A stretch of 64,000 nt of DNA. It comes from Myxococcales bacterium (GTDB taxonomy: Bacteria; Myxococcota_A; Polyangia; Polyangiales; DASUME01). A program made the position numbers and the translations under genes. Position 1 is the first letter of the stretch, and every line of letters starts with the position of its first letter. Below the pieces are notes generated by a model, which worked only from the letters and a program-made list of their open reading frames with translations, was not told where the DNA came from and made no database searches. Below, piece by piece: positions 48,209-58,406 of the stretch. The stretch is from contig JASGJH010000001.1 in NCBI GenBank assembly GCA_047601445.1, forward strand, positions 640,001 to 704,000, in the 5' to 3' direction.

Positions 48209-48546
48209 GAGCCGGTCGTGAGCACCGCCAGGCCCCGGGGAACGGTGAGCCCGTTCACGGGTCCGCCCGAGCCGCCCGGACGGGACACTGCGGAACTGAG
48301 CAGAGAGGGCAGGGACCCGGCAGGGCCGCGGGAGCGTTTCCCGAGGCATTGTGTCCATTGTGTCCACCCGTCCCCAACCAGGGGCGACGATCTGGCACCT
48401 TGTCGCCGGCGAGTGTGCGATTGGCCCGTTCGCAGGGGCTAACTGGGCAGAGTGAGCTAGCGAGCTGTGATTTCGCTCGCCGAGCTGAGCGTTGAGCGAT
48501 CGAGCGTCGATGTGTGCCCGTAGACGCGGACCCCGGATGGCGCTAC

Positions 48547-49971
<1,425 letters not shown>

Positions 49972-50038
49972 GAATCCGTTAGCTTTTCTGGGCGGGTCCC
50001 GGGTTCACAGGGGCCCTTCGCAGTGTAAGCTGGTCTCA

Positions 50039-52621
50039 GTGCTACTGCTCGAGCCCATCGAGGAGATCCTTCCGCGGCGTGCGCACGGATACGGGGACTT
50101 CGTTCGCCGCACCGCAGCGCTTGCGCGGGCGGGATTGCCGGTGCCCGGGGGCTACGCCTTGCCGCGGGTGGAGGCCGACGCGCTCTATGCTCGCTGCCTG
50201 ACCGAGGCCGACGGGCTGCGCGGTCTGCTGAACCCACAGCGCGAGTTTCCTTCGGAGGAAGCGCTGGCCAGCGTGCGCGCGCGCATCCAGGAGCAGGGGC
50301 TGGGTGAGGATCTCGCGGGTGAGCTGAGCCAGGTGTTCGGCTCCCTGCGCGCGCAGGGCGCGCCGGCCGTGGTGGTCACGGCCTTTCTGGTCTGCGACAA
50401 GCCGCGTGAAGAGCGCGTGTTGGGCGACGTCCAGCTCGGCGTCGACACCGAAGCGCGCTTGCTCGCGGCCGTGATCAGCGCCCTCGCATCACCCTTCGAC
50501 GCCAAGGTGCTGCGCTCCTTGCGGGCCGCCGACGTGCGCGATGCGGGGGTGGTGCTGACGGTCCAGCGCATGGTCGACGGCATGGTCTCCGGCGTGGTCT
50601 ACACCCGGCATCCGCTCACTGGCGACGGCCGCGAATGGCTGGTGCGTGCCGGCTACGGCCTCGCCAGCGCCGTACGCTCCGCATCGGTGCCCAGTGACAT
50701 GTTCCGACTCACGCGCGACGGCTACCTGCGCGACAGCGTCATCGCGGACAAGCAGCGCATGCTCTGGGCTACCCCCGACGGCTCACGCGAGCTGCGCATG
50801 GTGCCCGAGGCCCTGGTCTCTGCGCCCAGCCTCAGTGACGCGTCGTTGCGCGAGGTGTCCAGACTGGCGGAGCGAGCCGAGAAGCACGTCGGGGCTCCGC
50901 TGCGCATGGATTGGGCGCTGCTGAACGGCAAAATTTACCTGCTGCGCGCGGATCCTTTGTCCGGGCCCACCAAGCTCGCCAAGGCCCGCTCCACCAAGCC
51001 CGAGGTTCGCGCGCGCGAGCTCTGGTCCCACGCAGAGCTGGGTGAGGCCCTGCCGAATGTGCTCTCGCCGCTGGCATGGTCGCTGCTGTACCGCTTCAAT
51101 CGGCTCGGTCTCGCCTCCATCCTCACCGCCGCTGGTGTCACGCTAGGCGCGTCTCCGGAGCTGCTCACGGACGTTCGCGGCAGGCCCTACCTCAACCTGA
51201 GCGCGCTCACGGCCGCGGTCTGTCGCTTGCCGGGGCTGTCGCCGTCGGCGTTGGCGCGCATCGGCGTCGATCTCGGCACCGACCTCGGACCGGTGGAGCT
51301 CGCTGGGCCGGTCGATCTGACGCGCGCTGCGCTACGCCTCTACGACTCCCACGCCAAGGTCGCGGTGCGCTTCGGCGCCCTCAGCGGCAAGATGGCCGCC
51401 GAACGCAGCCACTTTGCCGGACTGGATGCGCGCCTCTTGCCGCCCGACGCGGTCGAGCGCGTGCTGTGCGACGTGGAGGTCTTCCTGCAGGACGCGGGCA
51501 CCGCGCTGATGCGCGCCTATGGGCTCTGGTTGGCCACCTTGATCGGCTTCCGTTCGTTGTTCGTGGCGCACATGGGCGACGAGGCGCTGCGGCTCGAACG
51601 CGATCTGCTGTGGGGACCCGAGGAGCTGCTCTCGGCCCAGGCCGGCTACGGCTTCCTGCACCTCGGGCGCTCGCTGGCGCGCGATCCGGGCGTGCTCGCC
51701 TGGGTGGATCAGGGTGGCGAGCCGCCGTTCGCGCTGCGGCAGGGCCTGCACGAGTTCGCGCTCAAATATCGCCACGACGGCATGCTGCTGCTCGACCCCA
51801 TGCGGCCACGCTGGCGGGAGACGCCCGAGCGGCTCACGGGCGCCATGCGTGCGCTGCTCTCGGACCCACTGGGCCTGGCCTTCGCGGCGGAGCGTCAAGA
51901 GGTGGCGCGCGGCCGACGCGAACGCGCCGAGCGCGAGTGGAAGCGCAGGTTGCCGCTCACGCGTTGGCCCTTGGCGGGCCTTCTCATCACGCGCATGCGC
52001 GAGCTGACCCGGCTGCGCGAGAGCTTGCTGGCGGACACGGCGCAGGCCATCAACGTGATCCGCGACATCACGGTCGACGCTTCGCGGCGGCTCTCGATGC
52101 GCTATCGCGATCTCGGCAGCGACTCGGCGTTCTTCCTGGAGCTGGACGAGCTGCATCAGGCCCTCGGCAAGGGGCGCTGGGACGTCCAGGAGCGCATCCG
52201 CGCACGGCGACTCGAGTACGACCTCATGCAGAACATGCCCGAGCCCCAGCCACGCTTTCAGGGGAGCCCGCGTGGCGAACTCGCCGATGGTGTGCCGCTG
52301 CGCGGTGTGGCCGGCAGCGGAGGAGCCGCCGAAGGGCGCGTGTTCGTGGTGCGCGACGGTAGCGAGCTCGCTCGCCTGCCGCATGGAGCCGTGCTGGTGG
52401 TCTCGGCCTGCGACGTCGGGTTGTGCCCGGTGCTGCCGGCGGTGCGCGCAGTGATCAGCGAGAACGGCGGCATGGTGTCCCACGGAGCGATGCTGGCGAG
52501 CGCGCTCGGCGTGCCGGTGGTGGTGGGCGTGCCCAACGTGTTCGCACGGCTCCGCGATGGGATGCGGGTAAGGGTAGACGCCGAGCGTTGCAAGGTGGAC
52601 GTGCTCGGGGCACCAGCGTGA
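50039..52621 (+). CDS. PEP-utilising enzyme family protein (ATP-grasp / central / phospho-His swivel architecture), degenerate N-domain
   Basis: AGLPVPGGY, VQRMV..SGVVYTRHP, C-terminal ENGGMVSHGAMLA..GVPVVVG. Confidence 0.82.
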   Translation: MLLLEPIEEILPRRAHGYGDFVRRTAALARAGLPVPGGYALPRVEADALYARCLTEADGLRGLLNPQREFPSEEALASVRARIQEQGLGEDLAGELSQVFGSLRAQGAPAVVVTAFLVCDKPREERVLGDVQLGVDTEARLLAAVISALASPFDAKVLRSLRAADVRDAGVVLTVQRMVDGMVSGVVYTRHPLTGDGREWLVRAGYGLASAVRSASVPSDMFRLTRDGYLRDSVIADKQRMLWATPDGSRELRMVPEALVSAPSLSDASLREVSRLAERAEKHVGAPLRMDWALLNGKIYLLRADPLSGPTKLAKARSTKPEVRARELWSHAELGEALPNVLSPLAWSLLYRFNRLGLASILTAAGVTLGASPELLTDVRGRPYLNLSALTAAVCRLPGLSPSALARIGVDLGTDLGPVELAGPVDLTRAALRLYDSHAKVAVRFGALSGKMAAERSHFAGLDARLLPPDAVERVLCDVEVFLQDAGTALMRAYGLWLATLIGFRSLFVAHMGDEALRLERDLLWGPEELLSAQAGYGFLHLGRSLARDPGVLAWVDQGGEPPFALRQGLHEFALKYRHDGMLLLDPMRPRWRETPERLTGAMRALLSDPLGLAFAAERQEVARGRRERAEREWKRRLPLTRWPLAGLLITRMRELTRLRESLLADTAQAINVIRDITVDASRRLSMRYRDLGSDSAFFLELDELHQALGKGRWDVQERIRARRLEYDLMQNMPEPQPRFQGSPRGELADGVPLRGVAGSGGAAEGRVFVVRDGSELARLPHGAVLVVSACDVGLCPVLPAVRAVISENGGMVSHGAMLASALGVPVVVGVPNVFARLRDGMRVRVDAERCKVDVLGAPA

Positions 52622-53373
52622 TCAACGCGTCCGAAGTGCCTGTCGTCTACCGCGACGAGCAGCTCCTCGTGCTCGACAAGCCGGTCGGTCTCGCCACGAC
52701 GGCACCTGACGGCGGTCCCTGCTTGTTCGCGCTGGCCCACGAGATCGATCCAGACGCGCCCCAGCTGCATCCGCTGTCCCGCCTCGACACGCAGGTGACC
52801 GGGCTCGTCACCTTCGCCCGCACCGAGCAGGCCAATCGCTGGGCCATGGAGGCCCGGCGTCGCGGCGAGCTGTGGCGTCGCTATTTGGGCATCACCACCC
52901 GCCGGCCCGAGCCCGAGCGCGGTGAGTATCGCTTTAGCATCGGCATCGATCCGCGTGACCCCAAGAAGCGCACGGCGCACCGGCCGGGAGCCAAGAGCCC
53001 GTACTTGAAGGAAGCTTGCACGCGCTATCGGGTTCACGCCGAAGCCGGCCCGCTGTGCGCCGTGGACTTCTACCCGCAGACCGGGCGCACGCATCAACTG
53101 CGCGTGCATGCCAGCGCCGCCGGTTGTCCCCTGGCAGGCGATGTCGCGTACGGCGGCGCGAAGCGGCTCACGCTGCCCAACGGCCGCATCCTCACGGCAG
53201 GCCGCGTGATGCTTCATTGCGCCTATTTTCGGATGCTCAAGCCCGGGCGCGGTGGGACACCAGGCGAGCTACTCGAGCTTCAGCTCGCGCCACCCGCCGA
53301 CATGCAGCAGCTGTGGCGCAGCGCGGGCGGAGAGCCGCTCGACCTCAACGCGGTACGGAGTCCGGAAACGTGA
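52618..53373 (+). CDS. RluA family pseudouridine synthase (no S4 domain)
   Basis: LDKPVGL, SRLDTQVTG, TGRTHQLRVH, GDVAYG; GTGA overlap. Confidence 0.9.
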   Translation: MINASEVPVVYRDEQLLVLDKPVGLATTAPDGGPCLFALAHEIDPDAPQLHPLSRLDTQVTGLVTFARTEQANRWAMEARRRGELWRRYLGITTRRPEPERGEYRFSIGIDPRDPKKRTAHRPGAKSPYLKEACTRYRVHAEAGPLCAVDFYPQTGRTHQLRVHASAAGCPLAGDVAYGGAKRLTLPNGRILTAGRVMLHCAYFRMLKPGRGGTPGELLELQLAPPADMQQLWRSAGGEPLDLNAVRSPET

Positions 53374-54353
53374 GCGAGAGCTCGTGCTCCAGGGCGCGCA
53401 GCACCTCGTCCTCGAGCTGCTCGGCGCTCTCTGCCCAACGCTCGATATTGCGCTGATAGACGAACACCCGCCCGGCACGCTGCGCGCCATCTTCGGTGGG
53501 CACGGCGACGCCCTGCCCGTCGAGCAGATCGTCCACCAGCACGCCCACGTGGGGGTCGACGCCCTCCGCCACCACCTCGGGGCCCGGCATATCGCTGACG
53601 ACTACCAGGGCCCCGTCGATGCGCGACGAGAGCGACGCGGGCAGCCGCTTCACCGCGGCCTGGACCCGGCGCTCGAAATGGGATTGTGAGAATCGACCAG
53701 GCGGGGCGCGGTGCGTTCAAGTCCGCCTCGCGCGCGTGCAGAAAACAGATGGTCGCCCCGCGCACGTCCCCGCGCGCCTCGCGAACCAGGCCCTGATAGT
53801 AGTGGGCATCGCCCGGCTGTCCGTCGGCCTGTCCGCTATGGACAGCGCGCGCCAGGTGGCGTTCGGCGCCATCGAGATCGCCCGTCTCGAACTTGGCGCG
53901 CCCGATCATGAAGTCGAGATGTCCGCCCTCGAAGGGGCCCTCGGGCAGGTCGCGCGCGAGCTTTACCGCTCCATCCCGATCCCCTTGCTGCATCAGCGCG
54001 TCGAAGCGCAGAAGCTGGGCGTCGGCCACTTCGTCGTCACCCTCGGCAAAATCCAGGGCGTCGTCCACCATGCTCAGTCCGGTCTCGTAATCCCGCATGG
54101 AGTGGATCAACACCTCGGCCGCGTTGAGCATCGCTTCGACGTAGGTCTCGTCGATGGCGATCGCCTGCTTGAAGTGCTCCAGGGCGTCCTCGGACCGTCC
54201 CTCGGCCTGGTGGATGTACCCGATCAGGTTGTGCGCCTCAGGGCTGTCCGGATCGAGCTCGAGGCCCTTTTGAGCGGATAGCAGTGCACCAGGGAGGTCT
54301 CCCCGATTAACCAGATCCCACCCGCGATCCAAATGGGCGGTAAACTGGTCCAT
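53345..54353 (-). pseudogene. TPR plus zincin-like (Zincin_1) protein split by an apparent 1-bp insertion near 53691; may be a sequence error
   Basis: TPR N-terminus MDQFTAHLDRGW; removing one base gives WSISQSHFERRVQAAVKRLP..VVSDMP..RVFVYQRNIER..LEHEL. Confidence 0.7.
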
Positions 54354-54369
54354 AGGTCCTCGGCTACCC

Positions 54370-55275
54370 ATGATCATTGGCAGGGTACGTCCCAACGTGT
54401 GCCGGTCAAGTCCTAGCCTCGCTGGGGGCCTGGCAATTCTGTTGGCCGTGTTGCCGCTCGGGGGGGCGTGCGGACTCGCACCTTTGCCGAAAGGTGGCCA
54501 AAGCTACGGCTCCACCAACGACGGCGTTCTGCTCGCTGGGAGCGGCTTTCCAGCCCACGGACCGGGCTTCGTGCGAGCCAAGCCCGGCGATGACACACGC
54601 TTCGGCAGCGAGGCCTTGGTCGAGCTTTTGGCCCGCAGCGCGCGCTACGTTCAGCAGGCGTATCCAGGCACTGCCCCCCTCTACGTGGGCGATCTGTCCG
54701 CGCCCCATGGCGGCAAACACGGCAGGCACGGCAGCCACCGCACCGGACGCGACGTGGACCTGTTGTTCTACTTGGTCGATGGTCTCGGACGCTCAGTGCG
54801 TGGCAGCGGCTTCTATGCGTTCGACGAGCGCGGGGTCGGCTTCGTGGGCGGCGAGGCGGGCGCTCCGGTGTCGGGGCTCGCGTTCTTCGACGCGGCCCGC
54901 AATTGGGCCCTGGTGCGGGCTCTGCTTTCGGACGAGCAGGCGCCCGTACAATGGATCTTCTGCGCCGACGGCATCAAGGCGCGCCTGCTCGCCTACGCCC
55001 GCGCGCACGAACCCGACGCGGAGCTGCTCGTACGGGCCACGTACGTCGTGCACCAGCCGAGCCGCGGCAATCCCCACCGCGACCATTTCCACGTGCGTGT
55101 CGCCTGCACCGCACGCGAGCGGGCGCTCGGCTGCATCGATCCGGGGCCGGTCTGGCCGTGGATCCGTGACGACCACGAGAAGCCGAGCTGGGAAGGGCGC
55201 GGCGTCGATGACGCGACGTTGCTCCGCGAGCTGCTCGAGGATCATTCAGACCAGGTCAGCCTCGCCCAGGAGTGA
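54370..55275 (+). CDS. Penicillin-insensitive murein endopeptidase (MepA/M74-like) lipoprotein
   Basis: SYGSTNDGVL, VGDLSAPHGG, HGSHRTGRDVD, HRDHFHVR; LGGAC lipobox; start uncertain. Confidence 0.85.
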   Translation: MIIGRVRPNVCRSSPSLAGGLAILLAVLPLGGACGLAPLPKGGQSYGSTNDGVLLAGSGFPAHGPGFVRAKPGDDTRFGSEALVELLARSARYVQQAYPGTAPLYVGDLSAPHGGKHGRHGSHRTGRDVDLLFYLVDGLGRSVRGSGFYAFDERGVGFVGGEAGAPVSGLAFFDAARNWALVRALLSDEQAPVQWIFCADGIKARLLAYARAHEPDAELLVRATYVVHQPSRGNPHRDHFHVRVACTARERALGCIDPGPVWPWIRDDHEKPSWEGRGVDDATLLRELLEDHSDQVSLAQE

Positions 55276-56163
55276 CGCCACCTGTTCGCGGTCTTCGGGC
55301 TGCTTTGCGAGCGCCACCAGGCTCTCGCGCACGAACTCGTGCGCGAGCGAATCGGCCGACAAGAGCACGAGGGTGCGCGCCCAATCGACCGTCTCGGCCA
55401 CGCTCGGACGCTGCTTGAGGTCGAGCCTGCGCACGCGCTGAACGAAGCGCACAATCTGCTCGCTCAAGAGCTGCTCGACGCCGGGAACTCGTGCCCGCAG
55501 GATGGCCAGCTCACGGGAAGGCTCGGGGTAGTCGACGTGCAAGTACAGGCATCGTCGGCGCAGCGCGTCGCTCATCTCGCGACTACGGTTGCTGGTGAGG
55601 ACCACGCGAGGTTTGTGCTTCGCGGATAGCGTACCGAGCTCGGGAATGGAGACCTGGAAGTCAGCCAAAACCTCGAGCAGCAGCGCTTCAAACTCGGGGT
55701 CCGCGCGATCCACTTCGTCGATCAGCAAGAGTGTAGGTTGCTCCGAGCGCAGTGCCGCGAGCAGCGGGCGCTCCAGCAAGAAGCGCGGGTCGAACAGGGC
55801 CGATGCCTGATCGGCCAGCCGATCCACCGCCTCGTGCAGACCCTGCGTGCCCGAAAGAATGTTCTGGATCTGGGGCCGGATTAGATCGGCTACCAGCAAT
55901 TGCTTGCCGTACTCCCACTCGTAGAGGGCCCGGCTCTCGTCGAGTCCCTCGTAGCATTGCAGTCGCAGCAGGGGACGGCCGAGCGCTTGGCTCAAGGCCC
56001 GCGCCAGCTCGGTCTTGCCGACCCCCGACGGCCCCTCGACCAACAGTGGGCGCTCCAGCGCGTCCATCAGATACCCCGCCACGGCGATCTCGCGGTTGGC
56101 GACGTAACCAGTCTCGGCGAGGCCTTGCAGCGCGGCGTCGACGTTCGCGAACTTCGACAGCAT
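55246..56163 (-). CDS. MoxR family AAA+ ATPase (CoxD-like)
   Basis: EGPSGVGKT, RLQCYEGLD, YEWEY, LLIDEVDR, SDALRRRC; GAGGAG RBS. Confidence 0.92.
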   Translation of the reverse strand: MLSKFANVDAALQGLAETGYVANREIAVAGYLMDALERPLLVEGPSGVGKTELARALSQALGRPLLRLQCYEGLDESRALYEWEYGKQLLVADLIRPQIQNILSGTQGLHEAVDRLADQASALFDPRFLLERPLLAALRSEQPTLLLIDEVDRADPEFEALLLEVLADFQVSIPELGTLSAKHKPRVVLTSNRSREMSDALRRRCLYLHVDYPEPSRELAILRARVPGVEQLLSEQIVRFVQRVRRLDLKQRPSVAETVDWARTLVLLSADSLAHEFVRESLVALAKQPEDREQVASLLGEADLV

Positions 56164-56214
56164 GCTCTCCTCTCTTCGGTATGGGGCGAGGTCAGCGCCC
56201 TGGAGGCGCAGCGT

Positions 56215-57273
56215 TCAACCTAGCAACATCGCGCACAGCGAGCCCACGTCATCGGTGCTGGCCTCTTGCGAGCAGCGCACCCAGCGCGAGCTACCGCTCT
56301 TGTCTCGCTCCAGCGCCGCCCAGCTCGCCTCGTCGATGCCCCACACCACCACCGTGGTGCCGGGCGGGAGATCCTGACGGATGGCGGCCACGGAGTTCAC
56401 GTGCACGCTCGGATGCATGCAGTCGAGCAGCAGCAGGCGCTCGCTGCGCGTGGGCTGCGACAGCACGTCCAGCAAGCTCGCCAGGTCGCCCACCATGGTC
56501 ACGGCCGCCGTCCCCTCGAGATACAGCTCGAGCGCGCTCAGGTGATCCTGGTCGAGGGTCGCTGCGAGCACCAGCGGCAGGCACACGAACTCACTCTCGC
56601 GGCGGAAGTTGGCCTCGATGCGGAAGGGCGTCTTCGGGAACGCCGCCTCGAACGGCGACGGGTGATTCGTAGGCGGCAGCGTGCGCACCATCATGTCGCG
56701 CAGCTCGTTGGCGTTGTCGGGCTCGGAAGCCAGCGTGACGCGCTCCACGCCAAGCGTCGCGTGCGGGCCCATGCCGCCGAACACACCGGTGTCGGGCGGA
56801 GCCTCGAAGATGCGGAACGGGCGGGTCGGATCCTTGTCGGTCACGGGGCGTTGTTCGAACTCGGGGCTGAAGCCCACCGCCGTGGTGCTGGAGCGGGGCT
56901 CGTAGCGATCGCCGGGACCACCGACTGCTGGCGCCCGTGCGTTGAGCGCGGCCTGACCCCGGGCCGGCGTGGGTGTCCCGCCGCGTGCGATGGCGGCGCG
57001 GGGCTGCTGCAGCGCTGCGTAGGCCGCCATCGGCGAGAGCTGGGCCATCAGGAGCTCCGCGGCGTCGCTGCCGACGGTCTCTTCGAGCTCGACCTTCAGA
57101 GAAGATTCCAGCCATTCGGCCACCAGGGGCCCTTGCTCGGGAACGTCGCTCAGCCCGTGCGCCTTGAGCGAGCGCCGGATCAGCTGCTCGCAGATCGGGG
57201 GCGCCACCAGGGTACTGAGCGCCTCGCGTACGGCCCGGGAGATGAGACCGTTTCCCTTTGAAGTAGAAGACAA
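56215..57273 (-). CDS. Hypothetical protein with C-terminal atypical receiver-like domain
   Basis: LVLAATLD...LLLLDCMHP...VVVWG alternating beta/alpha pattern. Confidence 0.65.
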   Translation of the reverse strand: MSSTSKGNGLISRAVREALSTLVAPPICEQLIRRSLKAHGLSDVPEQGPLVAEWLESSLKVELEETVGSDAAELLMAQLSPMAAYAALQQPRAAIARGGTPTPARGQAALNARAPAVGGPGDRYEPRSSTTAVGFSPEFEQRPVTDKDPTRPFRIFEAPPDTGVFGGMGPHATLGVERVTLASEPDNANELRDMMVRTLPPTNHPSPFEAAFPKTPFRIEANFRRESEFVCLPLVLAATLDQDHLSALELYLEGTAAVTMVGDLASLLDVLSQPTRSERLLLLDCMHPSVHVNSVAAIRQDLPPGTTVVVWGIDEASWAALERDKSGSSRWVRCSQEASTDDVGSLCAMLLG

Positions 57274-57428
57274 AGCGCCGAACCTACCCCTGTGTTGGCT
57301 GTTCGATCCTATCGCGAGTCGGCCGCCAGGCCAATCATCCCGAGCGCGTGACGATGTGCTGTGCGCATCGGCGCACCCACGGGCGCAAGTGTGATAGACA
57401 TCGGGCCACTCCAGGACGAGGTGGTCGT

Positions 57429-58379
57429 GTGTTCGTAGTTGGCGTCGATGAGAACGGACTTGGGCCGCTGCTCGGACCGCTCGTCACCACCGCCGTCACG
57501 CTGGAAGTAGCGCGTTATCAGCCAGAGCGACACGGCAGCATCGGGCGCGAGCTCGGCATCGACGACAGCAAGAACACCGCGGGTTTCGGCCAGATGGGCA
57601 TGGCAGAGGGACTCGCACTGGCCGTGTTCGAGCGCTTGTGGGGGCACACTCCGCGTGATGTAGACGCGCTGTTCGAGGGCTTACTTCTCGATCGTCCGGG
57701 CGCGCTGCGCGCTCACTGCCCGCAGCGCTCTCAGGCGCAGTGTTGGTCGGTGCAACCTGACTTGCCCTGCCTGGGTGGAGATGTCGCCCGAGGCCGCGAG
57801 ATCCTGACGCAGCTGACCAAGCGCGGCATCCACCTGGTCCATGCGCGCAGTGCGGTCGCCTGCACGGGTACGCTCAATCGCCTGCTGCGCGCCGGTCAGA
57901 GCCGTGTGGAGGTCGATCTCGAGTTGATGGAGCGCCTGGTCCTCGATGCGCGCGGCAAGCTCGGATCAGAGCTGCGGGCCATCTGCGGGATGGTGGGCGG
58001 CATCCGCAGCTATCGCGAGAAGATGCGGCACTTCCCGAGCGAGCACGTGAATCCACGGCGCGCCCAGGGCGGCACGCTCGCCTTCGACGTCACGGGGGTC
58101 GGTCACGTGCGCTTCGAGATCGATGCCGATGCGCGTCACTTGCCGGTCGCCTTGGCTTCCATGCTCGGCAAGTACGTGCGCGAGCTCTGGATGGAGCGGC
58201 AAAACCGCTTCTATCGTGGCCACCAGCCGGAGCTGGCCGATGTGAGCGGCTATCACGATCCGGTGACGCGTCGGTTCGTGAAGGAGAGCAAGAAGTTGCG
58301 GTTGCGGCTCGGCATCGACGAGGAGTGCTTCGAGCGCCGCAACCTGGCGCAGGTCTCCGCGCGGGCGCCCGCCGAGTGA
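57429..58379 (+). CDS. Divergent RNase HII-like protein
   Basis: VGVDENGLGPLLGP, GIDDSK, ADARHLPVALASMLGKYVRE, SGYHDP. Confidence 0.8.
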   Translation: MFVVGVDENGLGPLLGPLVTTAVTLEVARYQPERHGSIGRELGIDDSKNTAGFGQMGMAEGLALAVFERLWGHTPRDVDALFEGLLLDRPGALRAHCPQRSQAQCWSVQPDLPCLGGDVARGREILTQLTKRGIHLVHARSAVACTGTLNRLLRAGQSRVEVDLELMERLVLDARGKLGSELRAICGMVGGIRSYREKMRHFPSEHVNPRRAQGGTLAFDVTGVGHVRFEIDADARHLPVALASMLGKYVRELWMERQNRFYRGHQPELADVSGYHDPVTRRFVKESKKLRLRLGIDEECFERRNLAQVSARAPAE

Positions 58380-58406
58380 CGCTTCGGGGCGTGCGCGCGT
58401 CGTGGC

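Noticed and set aside
48218..48442. 74-aa ORF containing HCVHCVH
   Set aside because: The CxxC arises from the 9-bp tandem repeat; no RBS and a non-protein-like composition
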